Positions 9,589-20,460 of a DNA stretch of 64,000 nucleotides are shown one piece after another (within the stretch, counting starts at the first letter, position 1; every line of letters begins with the position of its first letter). Below the pieces are notes generated by a model that made no database searches, was not told the origin of the DNA, and saw only the letters and a list, made by a program, of their open reading frames with translations. The position numbers were made by a program, and so were the translations under genes. The stretch covers positions 1 through 64,000 of IMG/VR virus record IMGVR_UViG_3300031419_000010; one strand, written 5' to 3'. Origin of the DNA: a virus.

Positions 9589-10330
9589 TGCGATCTGATA
9601 ATCCTCGTGAGGTTCCGATCATCGGCGCACCATTGGCTTTCATGTTGTCATACTCAGATTTCATCCTGCGCAGCAAACTACTTTTGTTTGCTCTACTCTT
9701 CTCGTTACTTTTCTCAGTGCGTACGCCGTCGAATGATTTAATCAACCAATCTTTGAGCACGTCAGAGCGAACCGATTCGGGAATGTTTTCACAGGATTTT
9801 AATGTTTCGGCAAGCATATCCGCTATCGAAACACGACCAATATATTCAACCAACTCATCGTCAATTTCAATATCAGTTTTGAGAATGTCACGCACTACAG
9901 CTTCTGATTCACCCGCCGCAATATCGTAGCCCAAAAGAAGTGGCACAGTGCGTTTCAAAAGTAAATTTCTGAAACCATCAGCTTTGCCTTCTACCGAGTC
10001 GAGGATAGTTGTGATCTGTTCGTCTGAAACATCAATTACGTTATCCGCACCAATATCATTTGCTTTGGCGCGGCTTCGGAGTCTTTTAAGTTCAGGTCTG
10101 ATAAGGAGACGCGACTCAGTTTTTTGGATTGCGTCTGCGCTTTCGTCGAGATCGATTTCTTCGTCGTTTCCATAATCAAACTCATGTTGGTGAATCTTGT
10201 GGATTTCGCGCACCATGCGCACAGGCGATACGGCGTTACTCATATCGCCAAGCATCCAACTTTCTTCCACTTCCGAGATCGTGCCGTCGCAAGGGAATGA
10301 CCAGCTAGGAACCATTTTTTCAGATTCCAT
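9569..10330 (-). CDS. hypothetical protein (possible terminase small subunit by position)
   Basis: Helical protein directly upstream of and overlapping terL; start trimmed to MESEK. Confidence 0.6.
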   Translation of the reverse strand: MESEKMVPSWSFPCDGTISEVEESWMLGDMSNAVSPVRMVREIHKIHQHEFDYGNDEEIDLDESADAIQKTESRLLIRPELKRLRSRAKANDIGADNVIDVSDEQITTILDSVEGKADGFRNLLLKRTVPLLLGYDIAAGESEAVVRDILKTDIEIDDELVEYIGRVSIADMLAETLKSCENIPESVRSDVLKDWLIKSFDGVRTEKSNEKSRANKSSLLRRMKSEYDNMKANGAPMIGTSRGLSDRNGFKET

Positions 10331-10352
10331 TACGCCGTACGGGGATTCGAAT

Positions 10353-11825
10353 TTACTCAAGGGCAGCTTTCCGCTTTTTCTTCTTCGACTTTTTAGACGA
10401 ACCGGAATCACCGTCATCGTAAGCAGCATCAACAATCATGCTTGCACGGCGATTAGGTTTCAAATCTGCCAGTTCAGTTGGCTCACGCTTTTTAGACTTG
10501 CCGCCCGTTCTAAACTGAGATTTGTTTTCGTCCGGAGTAAGTTCTTTAACTTCGCCATCGCCGTCAAGTACCTGCATTTTCTCAAACACTTCTTTGAGAG
10601 GCATTTCAAACAATTCGCCATCACGAACTTTGATAACCTGAATCGGCAGAACTTTAGTTTCACGAATTTCCGGATCAGAATAGTTCCACGTCCACACAAC
10701 GTCGGCGTGTTCTTTCATTGCTTGCGAGTAACGAATCTTACCTGTCTCGCCATCAATCTGAACCAGAATAATAATCAGCTTGTTACTTTCTTTGGAATGC
10801 ACTTTAGCGCGACGAACAACACTGCCTAAGTTTTTCCATTGATCGCCATCGTCCACACCTTCCAGCAGACCGACATAATCCAGCACTGTGATTTCTGCGT
10901 TGTAGGCTGTTGCCATATACAACACGTCATCGATCGTCATGCCACGATCAGGAGAAACGAAACTGTTACGTGCGCCTTTCTTACGAAGTTGTTTGTCGTA
11001 AACCTTCGCCGCTTCCATAACCTTTTTCTTTTCTTTCTTTGACAGGTTATGTTGTTTAATCTTCCAGAAATCAACGCCGCTGATCATTGCCAGCATACGG
11101 TTCATTTCCTGTTCCGCTGTCATTTCAAGAGTGATCTTGAGACAGTGGATACCGTTTGCCAGCGCGATACGGTTTGCCAAGTTCATACTGAAAACAGATT
11201 TACCGCCGGATGTACTCGCACCAAGAATGAAAACGCCGGACGTTGGTAAGCCTGCGTTTTTATCGTCGTATGCTTTGTATCCCGTTTTATATAAACGTTC
11301 CTGCGGGTTGTCCAAAGTTTTCTGCGCGAACTTTAATGCGTTCGATTTGTTTCCACCAAACGAATAAACCTTTTCCGTTTGCTGTCCACCTTTTGCCTGA
11401 TTCAGTCGGTCAGCGATTTCGAGAAGATATTGGTCTTCATCAAAGTCTTCTTCACTGCCTTCTAAGTCTTTCGCAATGGTACGGCCTACCGTCATGATAG
11501 TGCGGCGCTTGCGGTACTTTTGCAGTGGCTCCAGCACACGCTCAAAGCCTTTCATGCCCTTTGCAGGTTGTTCTTCTGCGTCGCGTAACTCATCGCGGAA
11601 ATCAACGTTCAGGTTTGGGTCTTCTAACAGATCTTCCCAATCCAGAATCATCGAACGAGTCTCAACAAGTTTTGAGATTCGCTTGTATGCTTTCTTTGTT
11701 ACCTCTGAACTAAACAGATCAGGAGACAGGCGACCGAGCATACTGATTCGGTGCGCCTTCTTAATGTCTGGCGACGTTACCGTGCGCAGAGCTTTGATTT
11801 CCAGTGGGAGAGAATAAAGTTCCAT
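10353..11825 (-). CDS. dnaB: DnaB-like replicative helicase
   Basis: GASTSGGKS Walker A, TLEM, VLDYVGLL, LVQ, and KVRDG motifs. Confidence 0.92.
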   Translation of the reverse strand: MELYSLPLEIKALRTVTSPDIKKAHRISMLGRLSPDLFSSEVTKKAYKRISKLVETRSMILDWEDLLEDPNLNVDFRDELRDAEEQPAKGMKGFERVLEPLQKYRKRRTIMTVGRTIAKDLEGSEEDFDEDQYLLEIADRLNQAKGGQQTEKVYSFGGNKSNALKFAQKTLDNPQERLYKTGYKAYDDKNAGLPTSGVFILGASTSGGKSVFSMNLANRIALANGIHCLKITLEMTAEQEMNRMLAMISGVDFWKIKQHNLSKKEKKKVMEAAKVYDKQLRKKGARNSFVSPDRGMTIDDVLYMATAYNAEITVLDYVGLLEGVDDGDQWKNLGSVVRRAKVHSKESNKLIIILVQIDGETGKIRYSQAMKEHADVVWTWNYSDPEIRETKVLPIQVIKVRDGELFEMPLKEVFEKMQVLDGDGEVKELTPDENKSQFRTGGKSKKREPTELADLKPNRRASMIVDAAYDDGDSGSSKKSKKKKRKAALE

Positions 11826-11832
11826 GCGATTC

Positions 11833-12189
11833 CTACATCATGCGGGTTACGTGCGGATACATCTTTTCGACTTCTTCGATCCACGCTAAGATATTGCTTT
11901 CGCGTGTTGCACGAACCAAACGGTTTTTACGATCACGATCCATAAACAGATCAACGGCGCGAAACGCATACGGACTTTTAAGTACGCTCAGTGCGGCTTT
12001 AATATCTTCGCGGCTATACGCATACTTTGCATGAATGTCATGCACAAGTCTTCCGACCTGCGCGACGTTTGATTTTTTAACGTGCTGATAAACTACATAG
12101 CACAGCGCACGTTTGTATTCGAGATCAACAGTGCGCGGAAATAAAGTAAAAGCTGATTTTTCAAGTTCGGAATTGAGACAGCTATACAT
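11833..12189 (-). CDS. hypothetical protein
   Basis: 118-aa ORF, GAGG RBS. Confidence 0.7.
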   Translation of the reverse strand: MYSCLNSELEKSAFTLFPRTVDLEYKRALCYVVYQHVKKSNVAQVGRLVHDIHAKYAYSREDIKAALSVLKSPYAFRAVDLFMDRDRKNRLVRATRESNILAWIEEVEKMYPHVTRMM

Positions 12190-12196
12190 ACTAACC

Positions 12197-13330
12197 TCAT
12201 AAAATCTGTAATGCGTTTTTGAGAGTATTCAAACCGCATTCGACGGCTTCAACAGAAACGCCTAACCATTTGGCTAACTCTTTGCGTACAGTGCCAATTG
12301 GTTTTGCAACAAGCCACTCAGTGCCGTTGCTTAAACGTTTCCCCAGCATTTTGTGTTCTGCCAGATAGTCAGAGAAGCCGTGGTCTTCACGTCCGAGAAC
12401 TACGCTGTACAATTTGTTGCGTTTACTATCTCCGCTTTTGCTAAGCAGACGTTCAATCGCAATGTTTGTTTCCAGCAGTTCGACAGGAGTTGAAGAAGGT
12501 TCTGCGAGATCTTCGTAACTAAATTCTTGATCAGAATCGCCCATACCGATGCCCCGGTTAAGCTGATTGTCTGACATAACGACTAACTGAAAACCATCAC
12601 CGTTCTTTTGCATACGGCGGCGCTTATCTGCGCTGTAATAGTTATTCAGGTTGTTGATAATGTTTTCCAGCGAACGACGCAGATAGTTTAACTGGTGCTG
12701 AAAACTATACGCGTTTGGAAGACTCGCATAATAACTAACGATTAGTTTGCAGGTAACTTCGCATACCAGATCCTGAATCGTCATGTTGTGTGCAGTCATA
12801 ACCCAGCGCAGTTGTTTCTTTGTACGCGACACAATGTTTTTGTGCAGCACTGCGCTGAGTTCGTTTGTTTGGGCCAAGCGCTTTTCTAATTCGTAATGAT
12901 TAACCTGCGCAGCACACAGCGTTTTGTGTTTGTGCTTTGCATCTTTCAACAGCATTTTGCGGCAGCGAATATCTGCCAACATCAGCTTCCAAATCAGGAT
13001 AGCTTCGGCGCGATACACGCCAAACTTTTTGTAGGACAGTACAGTGCTTTTTATGTCTTCTTTTTTAGCAAGGCAAATCGACAGAGAATAAAAACGAATG
13101 TTCGTGACAAAACGACAGACCGCACTAACCTCTAAACGAAAGTCAGCGGCTGAGAATTCAAACTGTTTAAAGTCAACATACTTTTGCAATACGCTGTGAT
13201 ACTCTGCAATTGACTTGTACCCACAAGACAGGTAACGAACAGTCGCAGCAAACACAACACGAAAGGCAGCAGAGTTTCTTTTTAGCAGAAGTCTGTTCTC
13301 AATGTATTTCGACAATGAATTACGTTTCAC
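12197..13330 (-). CDS. phage RNA polymerase sigma70-like factor
   Basis: Region-2-like QDLVCEV...NYLRRSLENIINN..KRRR and C-terminal region-4 HTH ELAKWLGVSVEAV. Confidence 0.6.
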   Translation of the reverse strand: MKRNSLSKYIENRLLLKRNSAAFRVVFAATVRYLSCGYKSIAEYHSVLQKYVDFKQFEFSAADFRLEVSAVCRFVTNIRFYSLSICLAKKEDIKSTVLSYKKFGVYRAEAILIWKLMLADIRCRKMLLKDAKHKHKTLCAAQVNHYELEKRLAQTNELSAVLHKNIVSRTKKQLRWVMTAHNMTIQDLVCEVTCKLIVSYYASLPNAYSFQHQLNYLRRSLENIINNLNNYYSADKRRRMQKNGDGFQLVVMSDNQLNRGIGMGDSDQEFSYEDLAEPSSTPVELLETNIAIERLLSKSGDSKRNKLYSVVLGREDHGFSDYLAEHKMLGKRLSNGTEWLVAKPIGTVRKELAKWLGVSVEAVECGLNTLKNALQIL

Positions 13331-13429
13331 TAATATGGACTCCAGATTGGCAACGAATAAAGATCTGATTAAAGTCAGGCAATGGTTTGGTGTTGTTTTA
13401 ATAAGTCGAGCAATATTGTTTTATTGTTT

Positions 13430-14347
13430 TTAAATGTCGCCCATTTCGACCGGGCCTTTCATGCGCTTGCGTGGTTTGATTTTGGCTTTCAACTTCGATT
13501 TAGATTTCACTTTAGCTTTCGGTTTACGATCTGCATCTTCGTTCAGATACACATCTTCGCCTAACTCTAACGCGCCGTCTTCGTCATCAGCAAATGCGCC
13601 AAGCAAACTACCGCTGTCAATCATTCCCATCAGATCCACAAGCGTATTTGTCTTCTTGCCTTTCTTACCTTTCTTGCCTTTAACCACGTCGTCCATATTT
13701 GGTACAGAGAAGCCATCAAGAATAGTTGGAACTTTAAACTTAACGTCTTCGTCCGGCAGATATTTTTTAACTGTTTTGATTTCCTGCTCAGGATCAATCA
13801 GTTTGTCTTCTGCCTTCATTTTCTTCATCAGCGGTTTGAATTCTGATTTAGAATAAACTGAGGGGCCAGCTAATCCTGTGTTTGGATACGTCAGCACAAT
13901 GTTGCCTTCTTCACTGATCAGACGAATCTCTTTGTCGTCAATGTCGAGCACACGCGCCGCCATAAAGTTGTTCATGTAGTTGCGAGACTCACGCCCACGG
14001 TAACGAACAAATACAGGTTGCCCCATCTTCACGCCATGCTTACGAGTGTTTGCTTCACGTAAAAGCATCATCGAAATAATGCGCAGATCTTTTTCTTCCA
14101 TCGAACCAAACAACTGGAACAAAGCAACTAATCCGTCGCCGCCTTCTTGCATAAGGTTTTGCAGATCGTACGTGTTAGTGCGGAAGTGCTTGCACATCGT
14201 ACTGTCTTCCATTTTACCCAAACTTTCGCAAGGCTTTGTTGCGGCAGGAATCAGAACATCACGATTCAATCCACGGCAGTCACCACAAGTTACGGTTGTT
14301 TTTACCAGTTCTTTGAGATCTGCGGTGCGAAGTGTTTTCTTGCTCAT
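13430..14347 (-). CDS. hypothetical protein with Cys-rich N-terminus and Lys-rich tracts
   Basis: CGDC..C..C cluster; KGKKGKKGKK. Confidence 0.75.
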   Translation of the reverse strand: MSKKTLRTADLKELVKTTVTCGDCRGLNRDVLIPAATKPCESLGKMEDSTMCKHFRTNTYDLQNLMQEGGDGLVALFQLFGSMEEKDLRIISMMLLREANTRKHGVKMGQPVFVRYRGRESRNYMNNFMAARVLDIDDKEIRLISEEGNIVLTYPNTGLAGPSVYSKSEFKPLMKKMKAEDKLIDPEQEIKTVKKYLPDEDVKFKVPTILDGFSVPNMDDVVKGKKGKKGKKTNTLVDLMGMIDSGSLLGAFADDEDGALELGEDVYLNEDADRKPKAKVKSKSKLKAKIKPRKRMKGPVEMGDI

Positions 14348-14822
14348 CGTGTTTTAAGCCTTTATTTTTAAGTGTTAGGTCAATGCAGAAACGTAAGACT
14401 TGCGACATTGAAGTAATTCCCGGCAAGTCACGCTTCAACAATTCAAGGGCCATTCTTGTTTCCGTGTCTACTGTGATCGACGGAAGCAAAATTGTTTTCA
14501 TAGATGGATCAACAGGCGGCGATAACATTGCATCAACCAGAATCCGTAGCCACACTTCGGCGGCACGTTCTACCTGCGGATCATCCCAATACTCACCAAC
14601 GGGTTGTTTTCTCTTTCCGCTCATCCTGCTTACAACAGCGCTTGCTTTCGCATGTAACACTGTGTGGCAGTTTCCGTCTAGCGGAATCTGGAGACTGTCC
14701 TTGCCTCCGAGTGATTGCGGGATCGTGTGGTGCCAGTGAATTGCTTTTGTGAACGTTCCACAAATACAGCAACGAACCAGACCGTTACGTTCCTCTGCAA
14801 TTAATTTATTTTCAGCGGCCAT
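14280..14822 (-). CDS. HNH-endonuclease-like protein with C-terminal ribbon-helix-helix-like segment
   Basis: CCIC..HWHHTIPQSLGG..PLDGNCHTVLH; ITVDTETRMALELLK..SMSQVLRFCI. Confidence 0.65.
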   Translation of the reverse strand: MAAENKLIAEERNGLVRCCICGTFTKAIHWHHTIPQSLGGKDSLQIPLDGNCHTVLHAKASAVVSRMSGKRKQPVGEYWDDPQVERAAEVWLRILVDAMLSPPVDPSMKTILLPSITVDTETRMALELLKRDLPGITSMSQVLRFCIDLTLKNKGLKHDEQENTSHRRSQRTGKNNRNLW

Positions 14823-16005
14823 TAGACCACGGAAGGAACCACGTTTCCAATTTGGTATCACCGTTAGTAAGTTTGAGCAACATCTTGATCATGGGTTTCG
14901 GCATCAGCCAAACTGCGTACACATCGCTGTCGCGCATTGTGCCTGCAAGCGGTTTGGTTGTGAACATCGCATAGTCAGTTGATGATTTCGCATTCAAGCT
15001 GTCAACGATTGGATTAACGAAATTCATAATGCTGATTTCCGTTGTGTTGTTCATTTGCCGATTCACACGCGCTGTTGAATTGTGCTGCTTAACACTTTCA
15101 TTAAGAGCTTCAATTTTTGCCGTCAAAGTTTCAATCGCTTCTTCGGTTTTCTTCATGCGCTTTGTTAACATGTCACGCAGACGAGGGCTTTTGGTATTCT
15201 CTACCGTCTTCTGTTGTTCGCGTAACAGTCGGCGTTCTGCGTTGCGTTCGCTTTGCAGTTCGCTGCGTTGTTTATTCACACCTCCGGATTTGAATCGTTT
15301 AGCGGTTGCTTCTGAATTCTCAAGCGCGTCACTCAACCGGAAAAACATAACCAGTTGATGTTCCAACACCATGCCGAGATCTGAACTAGGAGCGCTGTGC
15401 AGACCTGCGTTGTGAACCGTAAAGCCGAGACGAGCCAAGTTATCCGGATTCATCGCAAACGATCCGAACCGCGCCATCAATGGCAGATTAACAAGATGCA
15501 GAGCACCAGTTAATTTCTTCGGAACTTTGTGCGCATAGCGCGAGTGCATTTGATCTAACAGTCGGGAAGTTTTTGACGATGCGGCGGCTTCACGCGCTTC
15601 ACGTCGAGAGATTGCTCTTTCTTCTGGATCATCTTGCGCGTTATCTTCGGGCAGATACTGCAACGTCTTTGCAACGTCAGCATTAATCGCTTTCAGATTT
15701 TCGAGTACCGAACCAATCTTTTTCAAGAAGGTTGGACGCTGAATCTTTTTCTCTTTCAGCATACCCGCAAGGGAAACACAAGTTGTAAGTGCGGCAGTGA
15801 ATCCGCTTTTACATTCGAGCACATCAGGATAGGATTTATAGACGCTACTGCGTACGCCCTTGATCGCTTTAACCGAGTCAGAGTCTGCTTCGTGTAACGT
15901 AGCAACAATATCGGAACGTTTCAAAAGAGCACCGGTTTTGATAAAAGTTAATGCTTCGATAACTTCATCAATACGGTTGCGCAGTGCAACAACTGGAGAA
16001 TTCAT
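14812..16005 (-). CDS. hypothetical coiled-coil protein
   Basis: 397 aa, heptad-rich region. Confidence 0.75.
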   Translation of the reverse strand: MNSPVVALRNRIDEVIEALTFIKTGALLKRSDIVATLHEADSDSVKAIKGVRSSVYKSYPDVLECKSGFTAALTTCVSLAGMLKEKKIQRPTFLKKIGSVLENLKAINADVAKTLQYLPEDNAQDDPEERAISRREAREAAASSKTSRLLDQMHSRYAHKVPKKLTGALHLVNLPLMARFGSFAMNPDNLARLGFTVHNAGLHSAPSSDLGMVLEHQLVMFFRLSDALENSEATAKRFKSGGVNKQRSELQSERNAERRLLREQQKTVENTKSPRLRDMLTKRMKKTEEAIETLTAKIEALNESVKQHNSTARVNRQMNNTTEISIMNFVNPIVDSLNAKSSTDYAMFTTKPLAGTMRDSDVYAVWLMPKPMIKMLLKLTNGDTKLETWFLPWSNGR

Positions 16006-16067
16006 TTCATAACCTCTTAACGAGAGTGAGAGCCGTCATTGACTCTAAGCGTAACATGTACGCAAGG

Positions 16068-16135
16068 AAAAAGGAACCTGCATAAGTCCTAATTACTATT
16101 ATTTACAGTATTAGGATTATTCCTATACAGATTCC
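16068..16135 (-). terminator. long imperfect hairpin plus U5 after the topoisomerase operon, loop carrying CTGTAAATA
   Basis: GGAATCTGTATAGG...TCCTAATACT-GTAAATAAT-AGTAATTAGGA-CTTATGCAGGTTCC-TTTTT. Confidence 0.6.
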
Positions 16136-16144
16136 AATTATCAT

Positions 16145-17842
16145 TTACAACTTGCCGTAACCCAATTTTGGTTTATTGGCATCAGGCTTTTTCAGGTAGG
16201 CTTCAACGCGGCGCAACGTATCTTTGGCAGCATACTTGCCCGGCGCTTTCAATCCTTTGTTCCACGTTGCAATGTCAGCTTTCAGCACTTTGATTTTCGA
16301 AACCAAATCTGCTTTTTCTAACGTCGCAAGTTTGCGCACCTGACGATCAAGAATAATCTTCGCATCAGCAACAGGCATCTTGATCGCTTTTGCTAACTCT
16401 GCATCCGGTTCCTTTGAAGCCAGAACTTTCGGCAGCGCTTTAAGAAGTTTGTCTTTGTTCTCTACTGCGTACAAATAAACTTCCTGCAAATGCAATTCTT
16501 TTTCGGCGCGTTCGATCAACCAATCCAGCATTCGGATTTCGAGCTTTTTGCGATAAGTGATCCACGCTTTAAAGAACGAAAGGTAATCGAGATACTTAAA
16601 GCTGTTTGGCTTATCAGCATGACGAACAGTTACGCCGAGAATATACGAAACCGATTTGGTTACGATCTTCTGAACTTCCTGTGCAATCTCATAGAAACGA
16701 TCTTCGTCAACGCCGCGACCAATTACAACTTCAACCGCACAACCATACGTGCCTGCATCCGGATTACGTTCACCGCCATTTGAGTGTGACATTGCCACGC
16801 CCTGAATTTCAGCAAACTTCGCCAGAGATTTCTCAACGCCTTCAAGCGAAGCAAAACCGAGTGGCACAAACGTTTGAACAATGATCAGCTTGCGTTTGTA
16901 ATCGAGCTTCATTTGCGGTTCGTAAGTTACCTTGCCGCGCCCGGTACGCATCAACGAAAGCATTTCTGCATCGCTGGTAATATTCTTACAACCAAACTCA
17001 TGCTGAATTTGCAGAGTCTTCGCCAGACGTTTGTGATCGTACTCTTCACCGTTCAGCATATCGATCACGACACGCGACACACTACCGAAAGTGAACGTTG
17101 GGTTGCCGCACTTCACGCCGTACGCTGGCGCAGGAACCGTACCAGCAAACAACATGAACGGCAGCAGCGCCGGAAGATACAGCGGAAGTTTAAGATCGTT
17201 TGAGAAGTTATCGACCATCGGAACAACTTGCAGATAATCTTTATCCAACATAAATTGTTGCGTGAATCGACTCATACGCGCTTCGGTATAACGCATCGCT
17301 GCATGGCTATCGGTTGGAGTTCCCCAATTGCCTTCACCGTCTACCGCAGGCGGCACCGTGTTAGCAACTGTCACCATCGCATCATAGCAAGCTGTGTCGC
17401 CGTGTGGATGATATTTACCAAGCGCATCACCAACAACACGCGCACTCTTTTTAAAACCGCCAGACGGAGCCAGATTAAGATCTGACATAGCCCAAATGAT
17501 TGAGCGATGCACTGGCTTTAATCCGTCGCGGAAATCCGGAATCGCACGTTCTTCAACAACGTAAGATCCGTACGTGCTCAATGCGCGGCGGGTATGACTT
17601 GCTAAGCCTTCATCCTTCACGTTGCTCATATCCTGATTACGCAAAGGATATTTACTTGTTACCGGATTCGCCAGTTCAGAATGCTCTTTTGTTTTAAGAG
17701 CTTTCTTTTTCTTCTTCTCGATTTTCACATCAGCAAGTTCAACGCCGGAAGATTTCTTTTTCTTCACAGCAACCGCTTTTGTTTTTGGAGTAGCTTTTAC
17801 TTTCGGTTCAGCTTTTGGCTTTTTAACTTTTGCTTTGATCAT
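16145..17842 (-). CDS. gyrA: type IIA topoisomerase subunit A (GyrA/ParC-like, no C-terminal pinwheel)
   Basis: [32 protein letters not shown]. Confidence 0.93.
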   Translation of the reverse strand: MIKAKVKKPKAEPKVKATPKTKAVAVKKKKSSGVELADVKIEKKKKKALKTKEHSELANPVTSKYPLRNQDMSNVKDEGLASHTRRALSTYGSYVVEERAIPDFRDGLKPVHRSIIWAMSDLNLAPSGGFKKSARVVGDALGKYHPHGDTACYDAMVTVANTVPPAVDGEGNWGTPTDSHAAMRYTEARMSRFTQQFMLDKDYLQVVPMVDNFSNDLKLPLYLPALLPFMLFAGTVPAPAYGVKCGNPTFTFGSVSRVVIDMLNGEEYDHKRLAKTLQIQHEFGCKNITSDAEMLSLMRTGRGKVTYEPQMKLDYKRKLIIVQTFVPLGFASLEGVEKSLAKFAEIQGVAMSHSNGGERNPDAGTYGCAVEVVIGRGVDEDRFYEIAQEVQKIVTKSVSYILGVTVRHADKPNSFKYLDYLSFFKAWITYRKKLEIRMLDWLIERAEKELHLQEVYLYAVENKDKLLKALPKVLASKEPDAELAKAIKMPVADAKIILDRQVRKLATLEKADLVSKIKVLKADIATWNKGLKAPGKYAAKDTLRRVEAYLKKPDANKPKLGYGKL

Positions 17843-19908
17843 TCTTCGGCTTCTCCGTTAACTTCCTCAAGGCCAAGCAGACGGCGACGATAAACTGCGT
17901 CCTCTGCAACTACACCACGGAAGAAACGTTCCTGTTCCACGTTCTCAAACGGGTTGATACGAATCAAACGGCGCGTTGATGGATCGAATGCAATCGCACG
18001 TAACACATCCGGGCTAACTTCTCCCCATCCTTTTGCGCGAGTGATTTCGCTGTTCTTAACAGCAGCAGGAGCTTTAGCGCGACACTCTTCGAATGTCATA
18101 CCGCCATAGTGCTTGCCTTTGTGCATCACGTTATAAAGCGGCGAGTCAACTACCCACACGCGGCCTTCACGCATCAGATCCGGAAGCAGTCGATAAATCA
18201 CAGCAAGGAAAAGCGTAACGATATGGCTACCATCTGGATCGGCATCCATCAGGAACAGCACGTTACCAACGCGAAGTTTTTCAGTGCTAAGAATTGGATT
18301 CTCTGCTTTTGGATCAAGAGTTTTTAAATCCGCACCGATACTGATTAGCAAACCCTGAACTTGTTTATGTGTCAGAACTTTTGCAAGTGCTGCTTTCAAA
18401 CCGTTAAGAGGTTTACCGCCTGCTTTCATGATTTCCTGATATTCAGGATCACGCGCATTCTTACCAGTACCACCAGCGGAGTCACCTTCCACCACAACCA
18501 ATTCACGCTCATGCGGTTTGCATCGTGGTGCGGCTTCTAAGAATGGCGGCAGCGAGTTACCTGCAACTTTCTTTTTCGTGTCTGCCATTGATTTAATAAC
18601 TGCGCTCAGTTCGTCGCGGCCTTTCATCAACAGTTCAGCACGTTTGATAATCTTTTTCGCGAACGATTTATTTTTCGCAAAGAAATCAGTCAGAGGCTTT
18701 TCGATAATCTCCTGCACTTCTTTTTCAACACGACTCGCAAGTTTATCTTTAACCTGTGAGGTGTATTGAGCGCCGTGCATACGCCAATCGAACATGCCAA
18801 TCGCGCCTACCAGCAAATCGCTTGCGGTAAACGTTTTACCTTTGCTTCCTTTCTTTGCAGGAAGATAAGGTTTCAATGCAGCTTCCAGAGCGTTACGGAA
18901 TCCGGTTACGTGCCAGCCGTGATCGATAGTTGGCGACGTGTTCACAAACGTAGTAAACAGATCCGTATCCGGATGATCGGCCCAGCTAATAGCCAGACTG
19001 ACATAATCTGTTTTGAGTTCGAAAGGTTTTCCGTCAAGCGTTAACTCGCGTTCGTCTGCGATACGTTTGATAACGTCACCCATTGTTTTCTTGTTCAGGA
19101 AAACAGTGCGCTTACCTTTCTTGTTCAGAATGTGCGTGAAACGAATTTCCAAGCCGGGATTAAGATCCGACATTGATTGCAGCCAATCACGCGTACGCTG
19201 CACGTTCAGTTTTGCGTGAACGTAACCTTTCGGCAATTTCTTTCCGCGCTTTGCATCAACGCTAACAACTGTTTGGTCAAGCGACCACGCAACAACTGTT
19301 CCGTATTTCTTCGAAGGATCTTGAAGCGCTTTAGCAACATCGGAATCCACTTCCCAATTCTTAATCGGCGTAACGCATTCGCCTTTAGAATATTCCATGC
19401 CCTTTGTTTTCTTTTCGAAGTTTGACCAAACGCGAATACGTTCGGAAACTGCGTTCACCGCTGTAACACCAACGCCGTGAGTACCAGCAGAAGTTTTATA
19501 TGCGTCGTTATCAAACTTACCGCCAGCGTGAACACGCGTAAATGCGGAAGTCATGATCGCTTCTGTTGTACCGTCATAAACTTTCTTAACGGTTGTTGGA
19601 ATACCACCAGCGCCATCAGCAACGATATAAATATCTTTGTCTTCGTTATACACGACTTCGATTAATTTATTTCGTCCTGCTACTGCTTCATCGTATGCGT
19701 TGTCTACAACTTCTTTAACGCTGCGATATGCCATATCTTCGCCGGGTTCACCGAGATACATACCAGCGTTTTTGCGCAGACCGTCAATCGCAGACAGCGC
19801 AGTAAATCCGTCTTGTGCGTTTTTCTTGTTTGCGCCTTTTGCCACTGCTTTAGCGACAGGCGTTGTTTTAAGAACTTTTGCTTTAGGTTTGGCAGCAATT
19901 TTAGCCAT
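17839..19908 (-). CDS. gyrB: type IIA topoisomerase subunit B (GyrB/ParE-like)
   Basis: [42 protein letters not shown]. Confidence 0.95.
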   Translation of the reverse strand: MAKIAAKPKAKVLKTTPVAKAVAKGANKKNAQDGFTALSAIDGLRKNAGMYLGEPGEDMAYRSVKEVVDNAYDEAVAGRNKLIEVVYNEDKDIYIVADGAGGIPTTVKKVYDGTTEAIMTSAFTRVHAGGKFDNDAYKTSAGTHGVGVTAVNAVSERIRVWSNFEKKTKGMEYSKGECVTPIKNWEVDSDVAKALQDPSKKYGTVVAWSLDQTVVSVDAKRGKKLPKGYVHAKLNVQRTRDWLQSMSDLNPGLEIRFTHILNKKGKRTVFLNKKTMGDVIKRIADERELTLDGKPFELKTDYVSLAISWADHPDTDLFTTFVNTSPTIDHGWHVTGFRNALEAALKPYLPAKKGSKGKTFTASDLLVGAIGMFDWRMHGAQYTSQVKDKLASRVEKEVQEIIEKPLTDFFAKNKSFAKKIIKRAELLMKGRDELSAVIKSMADTKKKVAGNSLPPFLEAAPRCKPHERELVVVEGDSAGGTGKNARDPEYQEIMKAGGKPLNGLKAALAKVLTHKQVQGLLISIGADLKTLDPKAENPILSTEKLRVGNVLFLMDADPDGSHIVTLFLAVIYRLLPDLMREGRVWVVDSPLYNVMHKGKHYGGMTFEECRAKAPAAVKNSEITRAKGWGEVSPDVLRAIAFDPSTRRLIRINPFENVEQERFFRGVVAEDAVYRRRLLGLEEVNGEAEE

Positions 19909-19968
19909 TTGTTATTTCTCCGGCGCGTTCTCCACACGCATAAACAAGCAGGGCTATCCCCTGTCCTT

Positions 19969-20025
19969 AGTATATAGGAATTGTCCTAGAATAGCCACCG
20001 CCGTTTTGGACACAGATTTGCAGAG
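19969..20025 (-). promoter_or_regulatory. box promoter 1 (upstream of gyrB)
   Basis: Box 19998-20025 + TGGCTA + 17 bp + TATACT. Confidence 0.8.
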
Positions 20026-20036
20026 TTGGTCAAACA

Positions 20037-20375
20037 TCAACCACTTACAACGGCATCCATTAACGTGCGATAACTTGCGTTATGCTCAGCATTGATCGGG
20101 ATAGGGAATTGGCCAGGCGATTCGGCAGAGCACCATTCAGCGATTGCTTTGCAAAATTCGCCGTATGCGATCATTTCGTCGCCGTCCATATCCGAAAGAA
20201 GTTTGATTTCGTGTGCAGTGCGGGAATCAATTACGCTAGTGTGCATTGATTGTTCCGGACGGTCATAAAAACAGATCGCGAATTTGGTAGGAGAGATTCG
20301 AACGGCGCGGAAAACTTCTTTGGAGAGTTCTAACAATTCGTCGTTGAGTTTTTTGAAACGTGCGTGAAGATCCAT
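20037..20375 (-). CDS. hypothetical protein
   Basis: 112 aa, AGGA RBS. Confidence 0.7.
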   Translation of the reverse strand: MDLHARFKKLNDELLELSKEVFRAVRISPTKFAICFYDRPEQSMHTSVIDSRTAHEIKLLSDMDGDEMIAYGEFCKAIAEWCSAESPGQFPIPINAEHNASYRTLMDAVVSG

Positions 20376-20403
20376 GTTGAATCCTGAAATTGCAGTAGAA
20401 ACG

Positions 20404-20434
20404 AAAAACGGGTTAGAGATTTCTCCCTAACCCG
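20404..20434 (-). terminator. intrinsic terminator
   Basis: CGGGTTAGGGA-GAAA-TCTCTAACCCG-TTTTT. Confidence 0.85.
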
Positions 20435-20460
20435 CATTGACTATTTAGTTTCGGGAACTA

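Noticed and set aside
17380-17420. Quinolone-resistance allele in gyrA (HGDTACYD)
   Set aside because: Thr and Asp at the 83/87-equivalent positions occur in wild-type enzymes of several bacteria; no resistance inference is possible.
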